Notes: generated by a model not told the origin, from the letters alone. Counted from the first letter of the whole stretch, positions 36,640-50,719 are shown. The stretch is 63,193 bases of DNA, filler included, from Chiloscyllium plagiosum (GCF_004010195.1; 4 parts of one record of this genome joined end to end with filler, not necessarily neighbours in it), one strand, 5' to 3'. Made by a program: numbers and translations.

Positions 36640-38048
36640 GTTGAGAATGTGGTGCTGGAAAAGCACAGCAGGTCAGGCAGCATCCGAGGAGCAGGAGAAT
36701 CGATGTTTCGGGCAAGAGCCCTCAATCAGGAATGAGGCTTGTGGGCTGAGGGATCTGGGAGATAAATGGGAGGGGGTTGGGGCTGGGTGGGGAAGGTAAC
36801 TGAGAGTATGATAGGTAGATGGAGGTGAAGGTAATTGTGATAGATTGGAGAGGAGGGTGCAGCGGATAGGTGGGAAGTAAGATGGACAGGTAGGACAGGT
36901 CATGAGCTGGAAGGCTGGAACTGGGGTAAGGTGGGGGGGAGGGAAAAAGAGGAAACTCGTGAAGCTCACATTGATACTACACAGTTGGAGGGTCACAAGG
37001 CGGAAGATGAGGTGTTCTTCCTCCAGGCATCGAGTGGGAATGGAGTGGCGATGGAGGAGTCTCAGGTCCTGCATGTCCTTGGCGGAGTGGGAGGGCGAGT
37101 TGAAGTGTTCAGCCATGGGGCAATGGGGATGGTTGATGTGGGTGTCCCGGAGATGTTCTCTGAAGCACTCTACAAGTAGGCTTCCTGTCTCCCCGCTGTA
37201 GAGGAAGCCACATCGGGAGCAACAGATACAGTAAATGACATGTGTGGAAGTGCAGGTAAAACTCTGATGGTTATGGAAGGCTCCTTTGGGACCTTGGACG
37301 GAGGTCATCGGGGAGGTGTGGGCACAGGTTTTACAATTCCTGCAGTGGCAGGGGAAGGTGCCGGGAGGGGAAGGTGGGTTGTACAGTAAATGACATGTGT
37401 GGAAGTGCAGGTAAAACTCTGATGGTTATGGAAGGCTCCTTTGGGACCTTGGACGGAGGTCATCGGGGAGGTGTGGGCACAGGTTTTACAATTCCTGCAG
37501 TGGCAGGGGAAGGTGCCGGGAGGGGAAGGTGGGTTGGTGGGGGTGTGGACCTAACAAGGGAGTCGCGGAGGGAATGGTCTTTAGGAAAAGTGGATGGGGT
37601 GGGGAGGGAAATATATATCTGGTGGTGGAGTTTGTTTGTAGGTGGCGGAAATGGCAGAGGATGATGCAATGTTAATGGAGGAAGGTGAGGACCGGGGTGG
37701 GTTCTGTCCTTGTTGCAATTGGACGGGTGGGGTTCAAGGGTGGAGGTGCAAGAAGTGGATGAGATATGCTGGAGGGCATCATCGACCATGTAGGAGGGGA
37801 AACTGTGGTCTTCGAAGAAGGAGGCTATCTGGTGTGTTCTGTGGTGGAACTGGAAGATGCAGTGGAGGCAGACGAATTGGGAATAAGGGATAGCGTTTTC
37901 ACAGGAGGCAGGGTGGGAGTCTAGGTAACTGTGGAGGTCATTGGGTTTGTAGAAGATATCTGTGTTGAGTCAGTCACCACTGATGGAGATGAAGAGGTCC
38001 AGGAAGAGGAGGGAGGTGTCTGAGATGGTCCAGGTGAACTTAAGATTG
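36640..38048 (-). mobile_element. PLE family A 3' part with a 155-bp internal tandem duplication (37227-37381 / 37382-37536)
   Basis: HVIYCICCSRCGFLYSGETG...FREH; the duplicated block is identical by inspection. Confidence 0.9.
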
Positions 38049-38148
38049 NNNNNNNNNNNNNNNNNNNNNNNNNNNNNNNNNNNNNNNNNNNNTTAATTAA
38101 TTAANNNNNNNNNNNNNNNNNNNNNNNNNNNNNNNNNNNNNNNNNNNN

Positions 38149-38335
38149 GATAATCATGAAAAACCCGTCTGGTTCACTACTGTCCTTTAGAAAAGGAAAC
38201 TGATGTCCTTACCTGGTTTGGTTGCATGTGATTTCAGACGTGCAGCAATATGGTTGACTCTTAACTATTCTCTGGGCAATTTGGGATGGACAATAAATGC
38301 TTGCCTCGTCATTGATATCCACAATCAATGAGTCA
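38149..38335 (+). mobile_element. SINE 3' part (gggcaatt.gggatgg.caataaatgc tail)
   Basis: Same family as the pieces at about 18020-18085 and 19400-19610. Confidence 0.65.
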
Positions 38336-38389
38336 ACACAAACAACTTAGCAATATCTATTTTAATCACACCAACACAGATCTCATTAT

Positions 38390-39245
38390 TGCACTTCATT
38401 TGCAAGTTTGCTGACGACACCACTGCTGTCGGTCAGAGCTCAAACAATGACAAGTACAGGAAGGAGATAGAGTGCTTAGTGGCATGGTGCAAAGACAACA
38501 ATCCCTCTGTCAACGTCAGCAAAATGAAGGAGCTGGTCACTGATGTCAGGAAGCAGAGTAGAGGGCACGTCCTGTCTGTATCAATGGAGCTGAGGTGGAG
38601 AGTCAAAAGCATGAAGTTCCTGGGAGTGATGATCACCAACAATTGGTCCTGATCCACTCATGCTGACATTATGGTCAAGAAAGCACAGTAACGCCTCTAC
38701 GTCCTCAGGAGGCTAAGGAAATTCAGCATGTCCAGAAAGACTTACAAATTTATATAGATGCACCACTGAAAGCATCCTCTCTGGATGCATCACAACGTGA
38801 TATGGCAACTGCTCTTTCCAAGACCGAAAGAAATTATAGAGAATTGTGAACACAGCCCAGATCATCATGCAAACTAGCGTCCCATCCATTGACTTCATCT
38901 ATACTTCCTGCTGAAACCAACATAATCAAACAACCCCCTACCCTGGTTAAACTTTCTTCCACCCTCTTCTGTTCAGCAGAAGATATAAAAGGTGAATATA
39001 AATACAAACTGATTCAAGAACAGCTTCTTCCCTTCTGTTATCAGACTTTTGAATGGACCCCTTTAATGTTAATATTAATCTTTCTCTGCACCTTCCTTGC
39101 AGCTGTAATATTGTATATATCCTGCACTCTGCTCTATAACCCTGAAGCAGTTCAATAGTACGATCTGCCTGTAAGCACATAAGACAACACTTTTCACTGT
39201 ATTTCAGTACATGCGACACAGTCATAATAATAAAAAAAACCAAAG
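38390..39245 (+). mobile_element. Rex/Babar-type LINE 3' portion
   Basis: KFADDTT...WCKDN...NVSKMKEL...KFLGV; same family as 18085-19400. Confidence 0.82.
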
Positions 39246-40974
39246 TCAGATGCATATTCATTGGATGAATGTAATATCAAGACCCATGTGTCCTCTCAGA
39301 AACACTGTGTATAGTCATTATTGTGTTACTTGTCAAGATTTGGTTTGTATAAATTGGCTGTCATGTTACTCGACAATTCAATTGTGACTGCACTTGGAAA
39401 GTATTTCGGTGTCTGTAAAATGTTTCACAGACAGCCAGAGATTGTGAAAGATGCTGCAGAAAATGCTAACTCTCTCTTTATAATATATATTGTTTACCCA
39501 GCCATTCTGGAAACCACAACAAAAGTCACTGATTATATAATTAATAAACTGATACTAACAAGTTTGAGGTGCTTGTGCAGCTTGGTTTGTCTTTGTTACA
39601 CATGAAAATGAACAGATATCAAGAGGGTACTTTCCCTTTGAAGCTCATGCTTCTTTGAAGTCAGGAAAAAAGTCAACAGATTTAATATGTTAGTTATCAA
39701 TCAAATAATGCATAGTATTAAACATTCTACTTCCCTGATTCTGGTTCAAAATTAGTTCCCATATATTTTTACTTGTACTCCATTTCTGTGAGCAAACCTG
39801 TATTTTCTGTGAAACAGGTTATGATCCATGCATAAAACATCTATGATAGCATTATCACAGGGGAAATTATTAACCCTTGTACAACTGAAGCAAATAAATA
39901 CAGCTTTCCCTCAAGGTTTCTGTAACCCAACAGAAAAGACCATTTATTAATTGTGTGTTTGATTAAAAAAAAACCCAATTCACCTAACATCCCTACACAC
40001 TCAGATTTGTGTTGTCTGTATCGAATTTTGTTTGCTAACATTTCAATCAAGCATGTTTGGACATATGTTAAAGGCGCTATACAAATAAATGTAGTACATT
40101 TGAACTGATCTTTCTCTGTACCTTCTCTGTAGCTATAACACTATATTTTGTGTTCTGCTCTATTACTGATGTAATAAGACATGCTTTGTTTGGACAGCAT
40201 GCAAAATAATATTTTTCACTGTATCTCAGGACATGTGACAGTAATAAGTCAAATCAAAAATCAAATCAAAACATGTTCCTGTACTTGTAAACTTACACAT
40301 GTTAATTTAAAAATATGCTTTAAATACCAGTGATCTTTTAGAGCCTTGTCAAGCCAATGTGGCAAAGACTTTTTTTTTAATGGTTCAAATGCCAACTATC
40401 ACACTCAACAGTCCTGGATCTTTGCAGCAACACATACATGGTTTAAAACTCCAAACTGAATAACGAGGAAGAGCTTGCCCTATTTCCCCATAAATTTAAA
40501 TATCAGAACTGTGAATCAAAAATAACAAATATATAAACACAAGAGAAGGACCACAGAAGAAATTAATCAAGACTAGCATTCTTATATATACTGTAAATAT
40601 ATGCTCACTCTGACATTAAAACCAAACTGAATGAATAATGATGTATTGTCACTTATACGCGACAATGAAAAACACAGTAAAATACAATGAGAAGCTTTAA
40701 CTGTCACCACAATCCAGCACCATTTTGAAAAGCTTAAGAATAAAAGAATAAAACAATATAGCTGAAAGAAAGTCCATCTTTGTTGAGCCTTTGCCATGCG
40801 GATCCTATGCTGCACCCACTGAGTCGGGAGTCACATGTAGACCAGAGTGGGCACTTCTTGGGCCCTTTCATCAGCTCATGTCGCTTGGAGATCACACCTC
40901 CATCACAGCCCATGGTTCCCTGGAGACAGACAGTGTTGAAGAAACTCAGCAATTCTGCCAAAACTCAAAATGTT

Positions 40975-41315
40975 AATCATAGAATCACAGAATTCCTCCA
41001 GTGTGGAATCAGACCATACGACCCATAAAGTCCATATTGACCCTCCAAAGAACATCTCACCCAGACCAACTCCTTGTAACCCTGCATTTCCCACTGCTAA
41101 TCCTCACAGCCTGCACATCCTGAACATTGAGAAAATTTATCACAGCCAATTCACCTGAACTGCACACCTTTGCACTGCTGGAGGCAACCCAAGTACTCGG
41201 ACAAAACCGACACAAACACAGAGAATGTGCAAACACCACTCAGTCGCCAGAAAGTGGAATCGAACCCAGGACCCTGGCACTTCAAGATAATAATAGTGTT
41301 TAACCTTTGAGTAGC
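40975..41315 (-). mobile_element. Degenerate HE1-like SINE
   Basis: ggaatcgaacccagg (reverse B-box), caattcacct...tgcacacctttg body, (atcatag) tail. Confidence 0.7.
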
Positions 41316-41335
41316 AACCCTGCATGCATCAACTA

Positions 41336-41679
41336 CAGTAGCGCCTCGACATACGAACGACCCCATTCATGAACAAATCGGTTTACGAACAGGATTATAT
41401 GTAAAACTTTGCTTCAACGTATGTACGAAATTCAAGGTACGAACGCAAAAAGCCCGCGTGCAACCACTTGGTTTCATTGTTCTGCTTTGTTACGCGCTAG
41501 TTGAACACAAAAGCTCTCGGGCCACATGTGATCTCATTCAGTTCATCTTTGGCGCATGCGCTGTGAACAGCGTTCATTGCTACGTCCAAGCATTCTTACA
41601 CTATCCAAACAATGGGAAAAATTGATTCAGTTTGCGAACTTCCCGGAAGGGATTAAGTTCATAAGTCGAGGCGCTACTG
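41336..41679. mobile_element. Tigger/pogo-like MITE, 344 bp
   Basis: 23-bp TIRs cagtagcgcctcgac(a/t)ta(c/t)gaac with 2 mismatches, flanked by TA on both sides. Confidence 0.9.
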
Positions 41680-42201
41680 TATATCAGAGCTGACTGAACA
41701 AACAACCTAACTTGATGATAGAACCACATAAGATCGACAACAGCTCCAGCCCAGACAAAACCCAGACAACTAATATATTTTCTTCCTTGTACAATAAAAA
41801 TCTGTTAGAAAAGCTATTTTGAAAGAAATGAATTCTCAGGTCCATCATCACAATTATACAAACTGCCATCTGCCCAACTGTTAAGGTGTTACATATAATA
41901 AAGTCTACAGAACAAAGATAACATTTTCAATACAAAAGCAAGAACTGATAATACTGGGAATCTGAAATAACAACAGAAAATGCTAGAAATACTCAGCAGG
42001 TCAGGCAACATCTGTAGAAAGAGAAGATCAGAGTTAATTTTTCAGGTCAATCCTGAAGTGTAAGGAGTTCTTGTAATTTTGTACTAAAATATTAGGAGCA
42101 TAGTTTTTGGAGATAATTTTAGACATGTTCTAAAATTGAGTGTATTTCAAAAGGACATAGTACACACTGAACAGGGAGAGAAAATCTACTTTCAGACTTA
42201 C

Positions 42202-42347
42202 CTTCAAGCTCAGTAAGTGCAAGAGCAACATCTGTTGTGACTTCAATTCCAGTGTTAATAGACACATGACATGTTTTCAGAGAAGACACTGCTGAATCCA
42301 CAGAGTTGAAGGAGATCACAGGCATTATGGTTGACCGTCCAGGCATC
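42202..42347 (-). CDS. Candidate coding exon (MPGRSTIMPVISFNSVDSAVSSLKTCHVSINTGIEVTTDVALALTELE)
   Basis: Consensus donor gaag|gtaagt; two possible acceptors (exon start 42347 or 42363); single open frame from ATG 42346; ends in phase 1. Confidence 0.5.
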
Positions 42348-43925
42348 CTGTAATAATGTCAACCTGTGCACAGTAATAACAGATGATAAAGCAACACATT
42401 TAAATTAAATCTATATTAGTTCCTTTTCCAATCTAAAACCAGAGAATTCAGATCTTTACAGGATTAAACTGACACTGCTTAGTCACTTTTAAAAAGTCTA
42501 ATCAAAGAAATGAAATGAAATGGAAATACAATAGAAATTAAAATCAAATTTATGACACATTTGGGAGATTTCCAGTCTGACAAACTCAATTACTTACTAG
42601 CTGGGTTCATGAAAGAACTCTGAGGTAAATTGAAAATGTCTGCCTTTGCAATGCATCAATTAAAGATCTGGAGGAATATATATAGGCTGTGTAGAGTAAA
42701 GACTGACTAAAGATTTGTAACTAGAAAGTAGGCTGTCTATTCAATCTTCAAAACAGACCAAGATCATCTCAAACAACAATGACATCTTCCTGACTTTGCT
42801 CAGATAACTCAGAATCGACTTTATGGAAGCTGGTAATTTTCAGCTGCACAGAGGAAACACATTTCCCATCGAGTCAAAAATTACAATATTATGATAGATT
42901 AGTAATGATGAGAATACAAATAGTGATAATTTCCAATTATCAACAAGACAGCATACTCACCAAGGAATTAAAGGTAAATTTGAAAAAGGGATAATTACAT
43001 TGAAACATGGTCTAAGATTCCACATCAAAGAGAAATTAAATAATTGATTGAAATTAAGAACCTAAAAGGACATAATTTTAAAATGGATGATCTTATGAGG
43101 AGAGATTAGGAACAAATGTAATAGAAGGAAATTTGGCCTAACAAGCCTGCTCGATCACTTCAAATTAGTCCTTCACAGTTGATCTACGTCAACGCCATTT
43201 TTCTTTAACATCCATTTCTCTAGAAATCTTTACTAACTTGAAATCCATTGATCTCTGCTTTGAATACATGTAATGACTAAAACTCATCAACCCTCTGGGT
43301 AGAGCATTCCAAACATTAATCACCCTCTTTAGTGATTAAATTCCTCCTCAGTCCAGTCTTAAATGTCCTCCGATTCTGAGACTGTCCCCCCTAGGTCTAG
43401 GCACCCCAGCCTGGGGGAGCATCCTTGTTTAACTTATCTCATAGACACCTGTTAGAATCGGTTAGATTAAGATAGTGTAAACTAGGCGTTAAGAACAAGT
43501 AATTACATTAAAACAGCATAAAAGTCTTCAGGGGTTTGACATGATACATGCATGGGAAAACAGTGTGTCTAGTTGGAGAATCTAGACAGATTCACAGTCT
43601 TAGAACAAGGGATCAGCCATTTAGAATGAAAAAGAAGTACAACTTTTTCAATCAAAAGTTGTCCACCTCAGAGATCTGCTGATGGTCAATATATATTCAA
43701 GAGACAGAGGTTAATAAATGTTGGGATACTAACAGATTTTTTGAAAAATATTCATTTATGGTATGTGGGTATTGCTGACTATGCCACACTCATTACCCAC
43801 CCTTAATTGCCCAAGGGAAGGTGGTGGACAATCTTCTTAAACCATTGCAGTGTTCAGTGCTGTTAGGAAGGGACTCCCAAGATTTTCACCCAGAAACAGT
43901 AAAGAAATGGCAATACAGTACCAAG

Positions 43926-44236
43926 GTCGAGTCTGTGGTGCTGTAAAAGCACAGCAGGTCAGGTAGCAACCAAAGAACAAGAGAATCAACATTTCAGGCA
44001 TCATCATTCCTAATGAAGGGCTTATACCCGAAACAATGGTAGCCATGTGCACCATCTACAAAGTGCAATATCTCACTGGCCCCTCACGCATTACCATTCC
44101 AAACCCATAACTTCTAGAAGAACTCATGCTCTAAACATCGATTCTCCTGATCCTTGGATACAGCCTGACTTGCTGTGCTTTTCCAGCAGCACACTTTCAA
44201 CTCTGATGTCCAGCATGTGCAGTCCTCACTTTCTCC
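43926..44236. mobile_element. Composite PLE terminal-repeat insertion with 15-bp TSD
   Basis: caatacagtaccaag at 43911-43925 and 44237-44251. Confidence 0.8.
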
Positions 44237-44679
44237 CAATACAGTACCAAGTCAAGATGGTGTCCAACATGGAGGGGAACTTGGAGGCAGTTATGCTCTC
44301 ATGCATCTGCTGCCCTTGTCTGACTAGGTGGTAGAGGTTATGGTCAACTAGGAGAAAATGCAGACTGCAGATGATGGAGATTAAAGTCGAAAAGTGCGGT
44401 GCTGGAAAAGCACAACCAGTCAGACAGCATCCGAGGAGCAGAAGAATCAACTTTTCGAGCATGAGTTGTTCTCGAAGTTATGGGTTTGGAAGGTAATGCG
44501 TGTGGGGCCCGTGAGATTCTGCACTTTGTAGATGGTACACATCGCTGCCATTGTACATCAGTGAGGGGAATGACTGCTGAAGGTGATTGATGGAGTGCCA
44601 ATCAAATGGGCAACTTTGTCCGAGATGGTGTCAAGCTTGAGAGTTGATGTAACTGTACTCAACCATCACACATCTGATT

Positions 44680-47600
44680 GAAGACCATAAGACAAAGGAG
44701 CCAAATAGCCCATCGACTTCACTCCATTATTCAAACAGATCATGGTTGATTTGATTTCAAGTTTAATCCCTATAATCCTTGATTCTTTTACTGATTAGCA
44801 TTCTAGGAGAAAGTGAGGACTGCAGATGCTGGAGATCAGAGTCGAAGAGTGTGGTGCTGGAAAAGCACAGCCGGTCAGGCAGCATCCAAGAAAGTCAACG
44901 TTTTGAGAATAAGCTCTGCATTAGGAATGAGGTGGGGGGGGTCCCAGCTACCTTCCCCACTCCCTCCCATTTATCTCTCAGTCCCCTTGGACCACCCCCT
45001 TATTCCTGATGAAGAGCTAATGCTCAAAATGTTGACTCTCCTACTCCCTGGATGCCATCTGACCTGCTGTGCTTTTTGCACACCACATTCTTTGTCTCTG
45101 ATTAGAGATCTATCTATCAGAGCTTTGAAGATACTTAATAACTCAGCTTCAATAGAGCCTCTCGTCTCTCAATTAAATGGATGACTCCTTATTCTGTGAT
45201 TAAGCGCTCTGGTCTTCAACTCTCACAAGGGAAACAACCTCTTTGCATCTTTCCTGTCAAGCCCCCTTAATAATCTTGGTTGTTTCAATAAGGTTTCCTG
45301 TCATTTTTCTAAATTCCAATGAGTACGAGCCCAACTTACTCAACCTCTTCTCATAAGAGGATCTTTCCATACCCAAGGATCAGCTGAGCAAACCTTCTCT
45401 GGACCGTCTCTAACACTAGTTTATTCATCCTTAGATAAGGGGACCAAACTATTGACAGTATTCCATCTGTCGTCTGACTGTGCCTTGCATATTTTTGACA
45501 AGACCTCCCTACTTTTATACTCTATTCCCTTTGAAATCGAGGTCAACATACCATTTGCCTTCCGAATTACCCAATTAAGTTGGATGCTTGTAATTTTGAG
45601 ATTCATGCACTTGGACCTGAAAACACTTTGTGATGCAGCTTTCAGCAGTCTTCCCTATTAAATATTAAGCTTTGGTTTCTTCCTTCCAAAGTGTACAATC
45701 TTTTTTTGTCCATATTATATTCCATCTGCTAAATTTTGCCCCACTGACTTAATCTGTCTATATTCCACTATAAAATCCTCATGTCATTGTCATTACTTGC
45801 CTTTCCACCACTTTGAGTGTCACACACAAATCTGGCAATATCACATTCACTTCTGTCATTCAAGTCCTGAGAATATAAAGAATTGTGGCCCTAGCAATGA
45901 TCAGTGTGGTCCTCCAATGGTTACATGTTGCCATCCTGAAAATGCCCTCTATCTCAATCTTCTATTGTTTAGCCAATACCTACATAGAATCCCCAAAACC
46001 ATATCTTATCTTATTTAGTCTAATGTGTAGTACCTTATCAAACACCTTCTGAAAATCCAAATATATTACATCTACTGCTTTCCCCCTAGTTAGCTTTATA
46101 TCTCCTCAACAAACTTGTCAGGCTTGACTCCCCCTTCATGAAGCCATTGTGACACTGCTCAAGTATATTAGGTGTTTCTAAGTAGCTTATTATAAAGGAC
46201 GGAATAGCAGACCAAGTGTTCCCCAATGTCAGATGTGAAGCCAACTGGCCAATAGTTATTCATTTTTTGCCATTGTACTTTGAATTTGGACTTGTGACTT
46301 TTTGACTTTGTGCCTTGTAAATGGTAGACAGAAGTTAAATTACTTGTGCAAGATTCCTGTTCTCTGAAATGCTCTTACAGTGACTATACTTCAACTGATG
46401 GTCCAGTTCCATTTCTGGTCAAGTCCCCAGGATGCTGATACTGGAGATTCTGTAATGATTCCTCCATTGAATCTCAAGGAGTAATCTCACTTATTCAAGA
46501 CAGTCATTGCCCGGAACATATGGCGCAAATGTTATTTGCTGCTTATCAACATGAACCTGGAATATGTCCAGATTTAGTTGCATATGTACATACACTTCAG
46601 TATCTGAGGAATCATCAGTGAATTTCTGACCTTAGCATGGAGGAAAGGTCATCAGAGAAGCAGCTGAAGATAACTGGACTTAGGACACTATCTTAGGGAA
46701 TTCCTGAAGAGTTGCCCTGCAGCCAAGATGCTTGACCTCAAACAACCACACTCACCTTTATCTGAGCTAGGTGTGTCTTAAATCATTGGAGAATTTTCCC
46801 CTTCATTACATTCATTTTGCACCTCACATCTGGATTTCAACTGTTTTATCCACATTTGGACCAACGCTGCAACATGGTCAGGAGCCGAGTACTCCTGGTG
46901 GAATCCAAACTGTCAGCGGGTTATTTCTTTTCAAATACCACTTGAAAGCACTGTTGATGACACCTTCCAACACTTCACTGATGACAAAGAGTAGACTGAT
47001 GGAGTGGTAACTGGCTGAGTTTGATTTGTCCTGCTTTTTATGCACAGGACATACCCGGGCAATTTTCAGGTCGATGCCAATGTTGTAGCTGTACTGCAGC
47101 ACTTTGATTACGTATGCAACTAGTTCTTCAGCATTATTGCCAGGACCCACTGCCCATCTGTGCTGTATCTGCCATGCATTTGCTGCTCTCAGCCTGCCCA
47201 GGTTGTACTGTAGCATCTCTGCATCCTCCTGGAGGCTTGTCCAGCTTTGTGTCATCTGCAAATTGAGATGTTACATTTGGTTCCCCCATCTAAATCATTA
47301 GGGTTATTGTGGATGGTTGGGGTCCTGGGTGTCAGTCCCTCACTGGTCACTGCCTGTCATTCAGAAGGAGATCCATTTGTTTCCTGCCTGATACCCAGTT
47401 TTCAGTCCATCTCATTGCCCCTGGTCCTGTGTGCTTTAATTTTAAACATTACTTTCTTAAGGGCTTTCTGAAGTGTCCAAGTTGGCTGCATCCTGGCTTC
47501 TCCGGTCAGCTCTGCTGTTGCATCCTCGAGGGATTCCAGTGGATTTGTCAGGCATGATTTCCCTTTTGTAAATCTATGCTGTGTCTGATTCTACCACTGT

Positions 47601-47955
47601 TTTCTAATTGCTTTGCTACAAAATCCTTAATAATGAATTCTAGCATCTTTCCCACTCCTAATGTTAGACTCACTAGCTTATAATTCAGTTTTTCTCCACC
47701 TTTTCAAAGAGTAGGGTTACATTAGCTATCCTCCAATCTGTAGGAACTATTCCAGAGTCTAAAGTATCTTGGAAGATGACCACTAATGCGTTCACTATTT
47801 CTACGGCTACTTTCTTAAGAACTCTGGGATGTAGATTATCAGGCCCTGGGGATTCATCAGCCTTCAACCCCACCAATTTCTCTAATATTACTTCTGTACT
47901 GATACAGATTTGCTTCAGCTTTTCCCTCTCACTAAACCCTGTGCTCCCATACAAT
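44680..47955 (-). mobile_element. Cluster of old CR1-clade LINE fragments with a nested PLE piece (~44806-45090)
   Basis: KANGML..ISKGIEYKS; KIARVCPVHKKQDKSN..YHSISLL; SPGPDNLHPRVLK. Confidence 0.8.
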
Positions 47956-47961
47956 TTATAA

Positions 47962-49358
47962 AGTCATAGAATCATAGAGACGCACAGCATGGAAACAGAC
48001 CATTCGGTCTAACTCATCCATGCCGACCAGATATCCCATCACCATCCAGTCCCACCTGCCAGCACCCAGCCCATATCTCTCCAAACCCTTCCTATTCATA
48101 TACCCATCCAAATGCCTCTTAAATGTTGCAATTGTACCAGCCTCCACCACTTCCTCTGGCAGCTCATTCCATACACATACCACCCTCTGCGTGAAAAAGT
48201 TGCCCCTTAGGTCTCTTTTATATCTTTTCCCCTCTCATTCTGGACTCCCCCACCCCAGGGAAAAGACTTTGTCTATTTATTCTATCCGTGCCTCTCATAA
48301 TTTTGTAAACCTCTATAAGGTCTCCCTCAGCCTCCGATGCTCCAGGGAAAACAGCCCCAGCCTGTTCAGCCCCTCCCTATAGCTCAAATCCTCCAACCCT
48401 GGCAAAATCCTTGCAAATCTTTTCTGAACCCTTTCAGGTTTCACAATATCTTTCCAATAGGAAGGAGACCAGAACTGCACGCAATATTCCATCAGCAGCC
48501 TAACCAATATCCTGTACAGCCGCAACATGACCTCCCAACTCCTGTACTCAATACTCTGACCAATAAAGGAAAGCATACCAAACGCCTTCTTCACTATCCT
48601 ATCTACCTGCGACTCCACTTTCAAGGAGCTATGAAACTGCACTCCAAGGTCTCTTTGTTCAGCAACACTCCCTAGGACCTTACCATTACATGTATAAGTC
48701 CTGCTAAGATTTGCTTTCCCAAAATGTAGCACCTCACATTTAGCTAATTAAACTCCATCTGCCATTTCTCAGCCCATTGGCCCATCAGGTCATGATCCTG
48801 TTGTAATCTGAGGTAAGCTTCTTCACTGTCCACTATACCTCCAATTTTGGTGTCATCTGCAAACTTACTAACTGTACCTCGTATGCTCGCATCCAAATCA
48901 TTTATGTAAATGACAAAAAGTAGAGGACCCAGCACCGATCCTCGTGGCACTCCACTGGTCACAGGCCTCCAGTTTGAGAAACAACCCTCCACCACCGCTC
49001 TCTGTCTTCTAGCTTTGAGCCAGTTCTGTATCCAAATGGCTAGTTCTCCCTGTATTTCCTGAAGAAGGGCCTGTGCCCGAAACGTCGAATCTCCTGTTCC
49101 CTGGATGCTGCCTGACCTGCTGTGCTGTTCCAGCAATAAAGTTTCAACTTTGATCTCCAGCATCTGCAGACCTCACTTTCTCCTCTTCCGTGAGATCTAA
49201 CCTTGCTAACCAGTCCCCCATGGGGAACCTTGTCAAACGCCGAACTGAAGACCATATAGATCACATCTACTGCTCTGCCCTCATCAATCCTCTTTGTTAC
49301 TTCTTCAAACAACTCAATCAAGCTTATGAGACATGATTTCCCACGCACAAAGCCATGG
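47962..49358 (-). mobile_element. Younger 5'-truncated CR1 LINE with a ~130-bp PLE terminal-repeat insertion (~49056-49185)
   Basis: SGVPRGSVLGPLLFVIYINDLD...KFADDTK; EYCVQFWSP. Confidence 0.93.
49058..49089 (+). ncRNA. Minimal hammerhead ribozyme motif (PLE family A)
   Basis: cCTGAAGAagggc-ctgt-gcccGAAAcGTCgaa. Confidence 0.7.
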
Positions 49359-50719
49359 TATGTTATTCATGCCCTCCTTTGTGAAGACAGAAGCAAAGTA
49401 TGCAAAGCTTGAACATGATTCCTTTGTTACTTTGTAGACAACAAGTTCCTATGTATGAATGGATACTACCCCTCTTGCAAAAATATATGTGCCAAGTTAT
49501 AAGCTTGACTAATTATCTTAGATTAATTGTTTGCGTTGCTATCAATGCACTCTAGATTATTCAGAAAATTCTGCCTAATCATGGAATCACATTTTGTTGT
49601 GAGCTTTGCAAGCGTGGACATATTCTCAACATGTAGATACATTTTTTGTGATCTTTGAATCTGTAAGACTTTTCTTGCAGATCCCAATGTCATTTTAGGT
49701 TGGCAAGAATTGAAGTTAGATTTTGTAGGAAATTATTAGAAACTCTGCACTTTGAGTTATGAGGACACATTGGATAATAGGTTATTGTTCTGTGAAAGCT
49801 GTCCAATTTTGAAGGAACCTTCAGTGAACTCCAAAACCCAAGGCAGCCTGTGAGGATCCAGTTCTGAGACTGAGATCACAGTCTTTTCTCTGTGATCACA
49901 GTGGCTACTCTCCACCAAATCAAAATGCAGTACTGATCTACAGGGAGCCGAGCTAAGCAGTAGTATCCCGACTTGCAGGTTTTGAATCTATAACCACTTC
50001 ACAAACTCGGTCTCCTTGCTCCTCAACAGAGGAGGCAAGGCATTTTGAAATTCCCTGGCTGTTCTTCGTCCTCCTTTAGACTGCCTGCAGTTTTGGTCCT
50101 TGTACAGCAACAGTCAGGCCACTATGCATACATAGCAACCCTATCATTGGGATGTCAGATGATGAAACAAGGAATTATACTGTTGTATTAATGTGCCAAG
50201 CCAGTGATGTACGAGATATAAAGATAATATATCTGTTGACCATTTACTCCATGAAACTGAAGCAGCATGGGCATGCTGAGATATGCTAGCTCCATACTTC
50301 ACTGCTCATAGCCTTGACATCCTGGTCCAGACATTTGGAGGGACATACTCGGCCCAATAGTTCATAAGACAGCTCCATTTTCACTAAGAAGGGAGGAATC
50401 TACATCACTCAGATTGTCGGTGTTTTGGGAGCATTAATGAATATGGGGGTGCAGTGCCACCAGTGCTTTATTGACCTGCTGCCTTTGGCAAGGGGAGGAT
50501 GAATTCAATCCCTAATGTTTCACTTTGTTTCACATTTAACACATTTACAGTGTACTCGGCATATGCTGCATGACAGTCCTCAATCTTGGAGGACTGGGCC
50601 AAAGTCACTGACACAGTGACAATCGTTAAGGCTACTAACAAGGTGATGCTGTTTCAAACTAAATGGAGAAGAGTTCTTTCTCTATCCAAACAGAAATCCC
50701 CCTCAATCTTAGTCAAATT

